Positions 57,615-64,000 of a stretch of 64,000 nt of DNA are shown here, in pieces. Made by a program: the position numbers and the translations under genes. A model generated the notes under the pieces. It ran no database searches. It worked only from the letters and a program-made list of their open reading frames with translations, and was not told the origin of the DNA. This DNA comes from a virus. The stretch covers positions 1 to 64,000 of IMG/VR virus record IMGVR_UViG_3300030333_008666, one strand, 5' to 3'. The stretch's first letter is position 1. Each line of letters begins with the position of its first letter.

Positions 57615-58044
57615 CCTTAACCTCAAAATCATACATTGTTTTACCCAGTAAGTGGGAAATTTCATGCTGTACGCATACACATTCTAACATATTCCATGGA
57701 CCAAAATGAAGGAGATTATCAAAATTATTTGCAGCGACGTGAATCTCTCTATATCTCTTTGTAATCACTGCTTTTCCCGGGAAGGAAAGACAAGCTTCGT
57801 TAAAATAAATCTCAGCTTCATTGGCTGGCGTATATTTTGGATTCATGAACCATAGGGGTTTTGTGACGTTAACAACGCACACAGATTTATTAATACCAAT
57901 TTGATTAGCTGCTAGCCCAATGCCATTTTCCTGCTTGGAAAGCGTTTCAAATAGAATGTCAGCTATTTCTTTTCCCTCGTTTAAATCATCGACAAGTTCA
58001 CAGGGTGTAGTCAGTAAATGTTCGCTGGTGATTATATCATACAA
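57604..58044 (-). CDS. def: Peptide deformylase (short phage type), 146 aa
   Basis: GIGLAANQIG, EACLS, QHEISHL. Confidence 0.9.
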   Translation of the reverse strand: MYDIITSEHLLTTPCELVDDLNEGKEIADILFETLSKQENGIGLAANQIGINKSVCVVNVTKPLWFMNPKYTPANEAEIYFNEACLSFPGKAVITKRYREIHVAANNFDNLLHFGPWNMLECVCVQHEISHLLGKTMYDFEVKDVK

Positions 58045-58047
58045 ACT

Positions 58048-58299
58048 TTATTTTTTCTTTTTCCGAGTGGATTTTTTGGGTTTAGCTGCTTTCTTTTCTT
58101 TCCAAAACACTACAGCGAAGATCTCGCCGGCCGCTTTTGGGGCGGCGCCTGGACCACCTTTGGCTGATGGGTGGCGCCTAATCTTTACTAGTTGATCAGA
58201 ATCTTGTTTAAGCATTTGCTCTTTCTTCTTCGAAGCTTCTTCGTACGTAAAGAAAGTTGCGGCGCGCTGCCACGTTTTTGTTTTTACTTCTTCTTCCAT
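58048..58299 (-). CDS. Hypothetical basic protein, ~83 aa
   Basis: AGGAG RBS before ATG 58299. Lys-rich C-terminus. Confidence 0.7.
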   Translation of the reverse strand: MEEEVKTKTWQRAATFFTYEEASKKKEQMLKQDSDQLVKIRRHPSAKGGPGAAPKAAGEIFAVVFWKEKKAAKPKKSTRKKKK

Positions 58300-58312
58300 G
58301 TGGATCTCCTTT

Positions 58313-58474
58313 TCAATCACAGAGTAGGGTTTTTTTATTTTCCTTGACCTTTTGTTCTTCTAATTGCTCTTCGTATTGCAATTTAGCCAAGTGGGGATAT
58401 TTCTCGAAAAGTTCTGGTAGAGTTAAATTTTCCTTGCGTTGGATTTCTGATATTGTTTGTGCTATTTTTCCCAT
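58313..58474 (-). CDS. Small hypothetical protein, 53 aa (not in the ORF track)
   Basis: MGKIAQTISEIQRKENLTLPELFEKYPHLAKLQYEEQLEEQKVKENKKTLLCD, with an AAGGT RBS. Fills the gap between the tmRNA and the next gene. Confidence 0.65.
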   Translation of the reverse strand: MGKIAQTISEIQRKENLTLPELFEKYPHLAKLQYEEQLEEQKVKENKKTLLCD

Positions 58475-58495
58475 GATCTTACCTTTTTAAGTTTG

Positions 58496-58928
58496 TGGAG
58501 GTGCCCGGTACTGCCCCGGGGTCCAAAAAGTTACCACAATCACCGTTAACCAAGAAAGAATTCCACCACCTGAATCCATGCCACCCACAGTCGAAACTGC
58601 AGGGATTTCCATTTGCTGCTCTTATGGCGACAGCTGCCAGAATATATAGTCACACGAACTACAAAGAGCGCTCAACCGGTTTTAAGATCTTTTTAATGAT
58701 CACAGTTAAGCTAGGTTATTCGAACCCTTGAAAACTAATGTATGGTATCGTACACATTACCGATTCAGCTTTGTTAATAAAGCGCTGACAGCTTCAGATT
58801 AAGCAGCAATTGCGTAATCAATTTCAACGTTATCGTTGGCAATTATAAAGTTTGAGTTTTTTTATCGTGTCACTCTCACGATCTTGCGTTGATTATGTAT
58901 AAAATTTTGTCGAAACTATTTCACCCCC
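58496..58928 (-). ncRNA. ssrA: tmRNA (one-piece, ~433 nt), tag ANDNVEIDYAIAA
   Basis: 5' GGGGGTGAAATAGTTTCGAC pairs with 3' CACCTCC-A, giving G3:U70 and an A discriminator. T-arm CCCGG-GGCAGTA-CCGGG. Helix 2 pairings ATAATCAACG/CGGTGATTGT and CAAAA/TTTTG. Tag ORF 58840-58799 ends in AA-stop. CCA is not encoded. Confidence 0.93.
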
Positions 58929-58936
58929 ATAAAAAC

Positions 58937-59072
58937 ATAGAAAGTGTTGATTCTTCACACCAACAAAGCTAGGCGCCTTTTCACTGGGCAGGGACCATTT
59001 TCCGCTAACATACCCCCTTCAAGAGAGCCATTGAAGGTTTTCGTCAATTAATTTAAATTCTTTACTTTCTAT
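58937..59072 (-). ncRNA. Candidate structured non-coding RNA (~136 nt) immediately upstream of the tmRNA
   Basis: Perfect 9-bp terminal inverted repeat ATAGAAAGT/ACTTTCTAT and an internal hairpin CCTTCAA-8 nt-TTGAAGG (59016-59037). Begins just after a CTACTTA motif. Confidence 0.45.
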
Positions 59073-59074
59073 AT

Positions 59075-59081
59075 TAAGTAG
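59075..59081 (-). promoter_or_regulatory. Candidate phage late-promoter element CTACTTA
   Basis: CTACTTAATA is identical to the 10-mer at 63001-63010. Confidence 0.5.
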
Positions 59082-59146
59082 AACTTATCTGCCTTTCATT
59101 TTCCTTAACTCAATATAATTCCTACATCTTTAGCGATGCAGCACTA

Positions 59147-59177
59147 TATTTATATTAAATTATAACTTATATGTCAA
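59147..59177 (-). promoter_or_regulatory. Sigma70-type promoter for the ncRNA/tmRNA unit
   Basis: TTGACA (59177-59172), 17 nt, TATAAA(TA), followed by a CTGCATC/GATGTAG hairpin. Confidence 0.6.
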
Positions 59178-59183
59178 GTTTTT

Positions 59184-59522
59184 TCACTCTTTTTCGAAAT
59201 ATTCTTCAGTTTTATATTTTTTAAGAAGATGGCGGAGGTCTGCTGGTAGGATTCCTAAGAGACGAGCGGCTTCTCTTTTTGTCTTCGTAGAAGAAAGGGC
59301 AAATTTCAAAAGAGCGTCTTGTACAACGCTTCGAAGAGAGTACCAGATTGGAATTCCAAACATTTTTGAATTAAACTGAGAGGCTGCTAATTCCAATTTC
59401 ACACTTAATAATTCTTCTAAACTGAGGGAATTAATAGCTATTTCAGTTTCTTCACTTAAGCGACCCTCTGATCGTAGATTCTTAACCAAACTATACGCTT
59501 CATTTTTTCCTTTGATGTTCAT
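59184..59522 (-). CDS. Fis-like helix-turn-helix DNA-binding protein, 112 aa
   Basis: ALLKFALSSTKTKREAARLLGILPADLRHLLKKY matches the Fis/HTH_8 pattern. Confidence 0.72.
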   Translation of the reverse strand: MNIKGKNEAYSLVKNLRSEGRLSEETEIAINSLSLEELLSVKLELAASQFNSKMFGIPIWYSLRSVVQDALLKFALSSTKTKREAARLLGILPADLRHLLKKYKTEEYFEKE

Positions 59523-59652
59523 ATGTTATAAAATAGTTTATTAATAAGAGAATTATTTTCTTTATTTCTTTTTGAAATTCCTATACACTGGGTGGGAAGG
59601 CGGTCATTAAAATCCTTTGCTAATTAAATTTAAATTTCTAATTTCTAAAATT

Positions 59653-60417
59653 CTAAAGAGACAAACTGTCAGCTGAGCTGCCAGCTAAGTCAGCGCTGAC
59701 AGCATCTTTCTCTTGCTCATATTCTGGCGTCGTTGGCTCTTGCAAGCTAGCTTGAAGTTCATCTTCAAATTTATCAAAATAAAGTTTCAGGTTTGTAATT
59801 AAATAATCATAAAAAAGCTCGCGATCAGATTGATCACCCAAGCTTTCATAAGCGTCCAGTATATTTTTCTCAATTTTGTTATAGCTAGTGTAAGCAAAAT
59901 TTCTTCCTGTGACGTCCTCTCCTTCAATGCCAAACTCTTCTTTTTCATCTGGTGGTTCTTCTGCAGGGGGATCTATATCGATAAACTCTCCCGGGACGTC
60001 GTTGCTATCACCAACTGATACTTCTATATCTTCGGTCACAGCTTTCTTAATAACGTTATCAGGTGTCAAAGAATTGACAACAGCCTGCACTACATGCGCT
60101 CGAAACGATTTTCTTTGCTCCTCGCTAGTTGTCAGAGCTTTAAAGTCTTCTTCCAAAACTGGAATGACTTTCTTAAGAAGATCTTCTAGAACGTTAATTC
60201 CAGTGCTAGCATGTGCGGTTTCCGCAGGTACGTCTGTAGCTCCAGACTCTTTAATAAGGTCTCTGATAACCTTCCTCAGTTTATTTTCTTCAATTGTTTT
60301 TTTGTTAGCGGCATTTTCTTTCTTTTTTAGTAAAAGTTTAATAGCTCGTCTTACATGTTCGCGCAACCTTTGTTCTTTTTTTGCGCTTTCGATAAAATCT
60401 TTTCTGTTAATTTCCAT
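59653..60417 (-). CDS. Hypothetical acidic phage protein (possible head-internal protein), 254 aa
   Basis: GGAGAG RBS. Repeated LRxxI/VRxxIK helices and a Glu-rich composition. Confidence 0.75.
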   Translation of the reverse strand: MEINRKDFIESAKKEQRLREHVRRAIKLLLKKKENAANKKTIEENKLRKVIRDLIKESGATDVPAETAHASTGINVLEDLLKKVIPVLEEDFKALTTSEEQRKSFRAHVVQAVVNSLTPDNVIKKAVTEDIEVSVGDSNDVPGEFIDIDPPAEEPPDEKEEFGIEGEDVTGRNFAYTSYNKIEKNILDAYESLGDQSDRELFYDYLITNLKLYFDKFEDELQASLQEPTTPEYEQEKDAVSADLAGSSADSLSL

Positions 60418-60430
60418 CTAACTCTCCAGT

Positions 60431-62764
60431 CTACTTAGATAAATAGTCTAAAACATCATCAATGATCTGGTCTTTTTCACGAATTAACGAATTTTTTGTT
60501 TCGCCTTCCTCTTCCTTGCCACCGCCCTCAACTGCGCCGGCGCTCATTGTTGAGTTTTCTTCCAGATCTTCCTCTTTTTCTTTGGTTTCGTTAATGTTGA
60601 ATATTTTAAATATATCCTCGATCATCTCCGAAACAACTTCTTGATCAACCTTGCTTTTAATTTTTTTAGTAACTGTAACAACTTGATCAATTTTGTTTTT
60701 AACCCGCTTGTCGCCGGAATCTCCTTCTTCTTCATCTTTTTCTTTGGAGTCATCTTTTTTATCTTTTTTCTTTTTGCCACTTGACCATTCTCCTGTTTGC
60801 CCATCATCGCGCATTGTCATAAAATTTTCACCTTCTTCAAGCTCTTGCTCAATCAGGCTTAAAACCTCGTCAGCACCGGTTGCTTCCTCTAGCGAAAGAT
60901 CAAAGACTGCACCTGAGCGATCCGGCTGTAGATTTGTCGCATCAACATTTAAAAGATTTAAAACATCAACCACTCGGCCGGCCGCTTTCACTTCTCTTGG
61001 TAAGTGCTTTTCCATAGTTAAAACATCTTCATTCTCGATAGCAGCGCGAAAATCAGTCGCGCTGAGCACTTCACCGGTCGGCGTAAATGCGAATCTCATT
61101 GGATCTAATATATTAACATATGGAGCGTATTTTTGTAAGTTTCCGGCAAATCTCTGGGCCGCGTCACCACCCTTTGTGCTAGCACCCATTATAACATTTT
61201 TGCCATGCATTTTTGGCTTGTTTCCGTATTCCATCGATGCTTGCACTGGAGAGTTGAACTCTGAAATTTCTACGTCAACATTAGCTAAGTTAGCAGCATC
61301 TAAATAAATTTGCCAAATTCTAGCGCTTAAGCCCGCAGAAATACTTGACAATTTTTCAGAATCTAGCTTTTTGTCGACTGGTGATATTAAAACTACCACT
61401 CTATCTGTTATCTCTGCATAGTGCTTGACCATATCCAAGTGCCCACGGTGTGGTGGCTTAAACTTACCAGGCAACAAAGCAACTGTTTCCAATCCTAGGT
61501 CTTCGGCCGTCTCTTCCTTCATTGGTTGTTCGCCCACACTTCCCTTTTTAAGTGGTGGCACATTTCCTCGACCATACTTAAACAAGCCTAAAAGTTGGTT
61601 AACCGGCGCAAAATTACCAGTAAATTTATACATTTGACCATCATATTCAAACACGAAACCTTCGACCACTGTATCAACATTGCTATGATGTTTAATTTTT
61701 TGTAATTGTTTGTACAAGACCTCGTGCGCGGCCGCTTGATAAGGTCCGGAATATTGTTGTATGTTTTTTATTGCGGTCTCCACTTCCCCGCGCAGAGTGG
61801 CTAACTCTTTTTCATTATCTAAGATATATGCGCTTTTAAGTCCTCGAAGTAATTCTACTGAAAAGTCGTGAATTGCGCTTTCAATCGGCCAAATGGCTTC
61901 GGCAATATATTTTTTACCCTCATTAACGACGGTTTTAATAGCTAATTTAGCATCTGCCGGCAGACCTTTTGTTATTTGCGGTAGCCCTAAAGCCCCCTCT
62001 TTCTTCAAAATTCTACCAACAATTTTTTCTTTTAAATCTTCAGATAGGTGTGGAAGTTTTCTGCTGACGTTAGAATATACATATTCACTCAAGAATTCTT
62101 CTATTGTCATACCTCCATCAAAACCGGCTTTTTTAAGCCGTTCTAAGGCTATGTTAAGGTCATGGTCGGTAGCCAGCTTGTTTAATTGTAAAACAGCCGT
62201 CCTACGTACCTTAAAAGACTCCCCAGCTAGCTTTTCTTCGAAGCGATCTATTGCCGAATCAAGAATCTTTGAATTCTCAGTGGCATCAACCACTTCTACT
62301 TGATTTGTTTCAGGGTTATATCTCTTGTGACCACTGTGGTGAATTGATACTGTGTTGCTGTCGTAATTTATAACATTGGACGCACCCGGTCCCTGAATTT
62401 CAGTGTTGTAGAAGATATCTCCATTCTCACCGAATATTGAGGCCAGTTCTGGTGGGGTTAAAACCTCTAAGGAAAGCTTAAACGCTCGAAAGGCATCTAC
62501 ATATACGCGCTTTACGCGTTCACCCCCTTTAAAGTCGCGTGCTTGTAGATCCTGCAGGCTCATTCCACCAGATGACATGTCTCCCTTGTTGCGCGCAGCA
62601 CGTGCCTCACCGTCGACATATCCCAAATATATATTATAACCGTCAGTCTTTTCAGTACCAACTAATTCACCACGTGAAGCCAAAGACAATATTTTTTTAA
62701 CATCATTGAATGTTAAATCCCTATTATCATAAAGATGCATCAAATGGCCAGCAACGCCACCCAT
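60431..62764 (-). CDS. Fusion of an RNA-ligase-like nucleotidyltransferase domain and a HIGH-family (cytidylyltransferase-like) domain with an acidic tail, 777 aa
   Basis: TEKTDG (motif I KxDG), YNTEI, VEGFVF (motif IV) and MYKFTG (motif V), followed by LPGKFKPPHRGH (HxGH) and LSATDFR. Confidence 0.75.
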   Translation of the reverse strand: MGGVAGHLMHLYDNRDLTFNDVKKILSLASRGELVGTEKTDGYNIYLGYVDGEARAARNKGDMSSGGMSLQDLQARDFKGGERVKRVYVDAFRAFKLSLEVLTPPELASIFGENGDIFYNTEIQGPGASNVINYDSNTVSIHHSGHKRYNPETNQVEVVDATENSKILDSAIDRFEEKLAGESFKVRRTAVLQLNKLATDHDLNIALERLKKAGFDGGMTIEEFLSEYVYSNVSRKLPHLSEDLKEKIVGRILKKEGALGLPQITKGLPADAKLAIKTVVNEGKKYIAEAIWPIESAIHDFSVELLRGLKSAYILDNEKELATLRGEVETAIKNIQQYSGPYQAAAHEVLYKQLQKIKHHSNVDTVVEGFVFEYDGQMYKFTGNFAPVNQLLGLFKYGRGNVPPLKKGSVGEQPMKEETAEDLGLETVALLPGKFKPPHRGHLDMVKHYAEITDRVVVLISPVDKKLDSEKLSSISAGLSARIWQIYLDAANLANVDVEISEFNSPVQASMEYGNKPKMHGKNVIMGASTKGGDAAQRFAGNLQKYAPYVNILDPMRFAFTPTGEVLSATDFRAAIENEDVLTMEKHLPREVKAAGRVVDVLNLLNVDATNLQPDRSGAVFDLSLEEATGADEVLSLIEQELEEGENFMTMRDDGQTGEWSSGKKKKDKKDDSKEKDEEEGDSGDKRVKNKIDQVVTVTKKIKSKVDQEVVSEMIEDIFKIFNINETKEKEEDLEENSTMSAGAVEGGGKEEEGETKNSLIREKDQIIDDVLDYLSK

Positions 62765-62775
62765 AAGTTATCCCT

Positions 62776-62985
62776 CTATTTCTTTGAATCTTTAGTTGTG
62801 GAAGTCTTTTTGCTAGCTTTCGGCGCCGCTTTCTCTTCTTCGCGAATTAAAAGCTCCTCCTCTTGTTTTTCAGCAACTTCTTCCTTTTTTACCGGTGCCG
62901 GTTCTGCAGTGGCAGCTTCAGCTGCTTTTTTTGCTTCCTCTGCGGCAACAGCTGCAATTTTACGTAAACGATGTTTTTTAGCCAT
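62776..62985 (-). CDS. Small Lys/Ala/Glu-rich protein, 69 aa
   Basis: Strong AGGAGG RBS and an upstream CTACTTA motif. Low-complexity sequence. Confidence 0.75.
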   Translation of the reverse strand: MAKKHRLRKIAAVAAEEAKKAAEAATAEPAPVKKEEVAEKQEEELLIREEEKAAPKASKKTSTTKDSKK

Positions 62986-63002
62986 GGTTTTTCCTCCTTT
63001 TA

Positions 63003-64000
63003 TTAAGTAGTTGTTTGATCGGGATCGCCCCCGCTTGAGACAGAATAAGCCTTTCCGCGAGATCTTAAAGAAATCGGCCCCTTGACGGAAAGGGCTTGTG
63101 GTAATTTTGGTAGAGCAGCGGATTCAATTGGTCCCGACCCCGCGTCGACAATTTCAGTGCCGCCTGTGGGTGAGGTGCTACTCCATTCGTTATGCACGTT
63201 TTGGTGTAAGTTGATTACAAAATCGCCATCCGCAACCGGATGACCTCCCGCGGGCCCTGCATTTCCGGCGGCGCTAGCGAAACTTTCACTCTCATCTCTT
63301 ATAAAAAGAATATTATATGATGCACTCAATGGGCTAACATTGTCATTGGACCCAGGCCAGGAAACTTGCCCCTGTGGGACACTGGAAGACATTACTAAAT
63401 CCGTTCTAAGAGTGGTTTCACTTCCAATTGGAGTACCAGATGCTTGCGCGCCACCTGCAGCAAACCAACTCATGCCACGAATATTCCCACTGGTTCCCGG
63501 CATGGTGTTTTGTTTAACACCAATCGTTGCGCTGGTAAATCGACTTCCTCCGGTACCGCCGACAGTAAGATCGCCATAACGAAATTCGATATTTCCGTTT
63601 TCTTTCATTACGCATTGCATCTTTGCCTTGGTATAATTGGTAGCATCGTGTCCAAAGTGGCCCACAATGTGCCACTCAACAACTACTCGCTGTGGTGAAA
63701 CACCAGTCTGTATTTCATACTTAACATAGCCATCGGTGTGAGCGGTTTCTAAATCATCCCACCATGGAGCGAGTATGTTAGTGTTGTGCCCTGTTTGAAT
63801 GGCGGTGTTTGTATAAGCCAGCGCGCTGGTGGTGGAGTCCGATGCTTTAGTCAAAGCCACGTGGCCGTTGACATCTACGTTAAAATGTGAATAGCTGCCG
63901 GTTGAGAACGGAAAACTCCACGGAAAGGCGATATTTGAAGATGTGTATTCATCGTCTGCAGCGGTGGTTAATTGAGTTGGGCTGTTTAAAGTATAAAGGC
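63003..64000 (-). CDS. Virion structural protein with nidogen-like beta domain, 5'-partial (frame open to the window edge)
   Basis: The frame continues upstream of the track start (LYTLNSPTQLTTAADDEYTSSNIAFPWSFPF...VDVNGH). The DD...FPF...NG...LAPWWDDL...VVVEW...NGNIEFRYG...ATIG pattern is present. Confidence 0.65.
   Translation of the reverse strand, partial: LYTLNSPTQLTTAADDEYTSSNIAFPWSFPFSTGSYSHFNVDVNGHVALTKASDSTTSALAYTNTAIQTGHNTNILAPWWDDLETAHTDGYVKYEIQTGVSPQRVVVEWHIVGHFGHDATNYTKAKMQCVMKENGNIEFRYGDLTVGGTGGSRFTSATIGVKQNTMPGTSGNIRGMSWFAAGGAQASGTPIGSETTLRTDLVMSSSVPQGQVSWPGSNDNVSPLSASYNILFIRDESESFASAAGNAGPAGGHPVADGDFVINLHQNVHNEWSSTSPTGGTEIVDAGSGPIESAALPKLPQALSVKGPISLRSRGKAYSVSSGGDPDQTTT

Noticed and set aside
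58495-58731. 78-aa plus-strand ORF, or a stand-alone tRNA at the T-arm-like hairpin
   Set aside because: The ORF is antisense to the tmRNA, and the hairpin is the tmRNA 3' tRNA-like domain.
1-64000. Stop-codon reassignment, introns/inteins, DGR or retron elements
   Set aside because: Genes are full length in the standard code and abut each other. I recognised no reverse transcriptase, homing endonuclease, intein or long repeat pair, although an eye scan could miss diverged repeats.

Overview
This is a 64 kb segment of a large myovirus-like (jumbo or T4-superfamily-type) bacteriophage genome. It is densely coding in the standard code, and every gene I call except one lies on the minus strand. 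From left to right it holds four blocks. (1) A virion tail/baseplate module (1-23.8 kb): a >2,167-aa LamG-domain protein missing from the ORF track because it runs off the left edge, baseplate wedge and gp25-like genes, a 2,913-aa protein, a spike-like protein, and a gp5-like hub with two predicted peptidoglycan hydrolases. (2) A gp55-like sigma factor and several small genes. (3) A ~26 kb island of ~28 genes for nucleotide-sugar synthesis and glycosyl transfer (25.6-51.8 kb): modified-heptose enzymes, two His-type C3-dehydratases, two thiamine-diphosphate branching systems, PanB, NeuA/NeuB, a Maf-like transferase and five further glycosyltransferases, but no flippase, polymerase or membrane initiating transferase. 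(4) Accessory genes: Cas4-like nuclease, zincin, PIN-PhoH, lipoprotein serine protease, archaeal-type GAPDH homologue, peptide deformylase, a one-piece tmRNA with an alphaproteobacterial-type T-loop preceded by a candidate structured RNA, a Fis-like HTH protein, and an RNA-ligase-like/HIGH-nucleotidyltransferase fusion. The leading hypothesis is a self-contained cytoplasmic virion O-glycosylation system that makes unusual branched and deoxy sugars, with recurrent [S/T]-G-S motifs in structural proteins as candidate acceptor sites. All family assignments come from motif recognition by eye; no database search was run.
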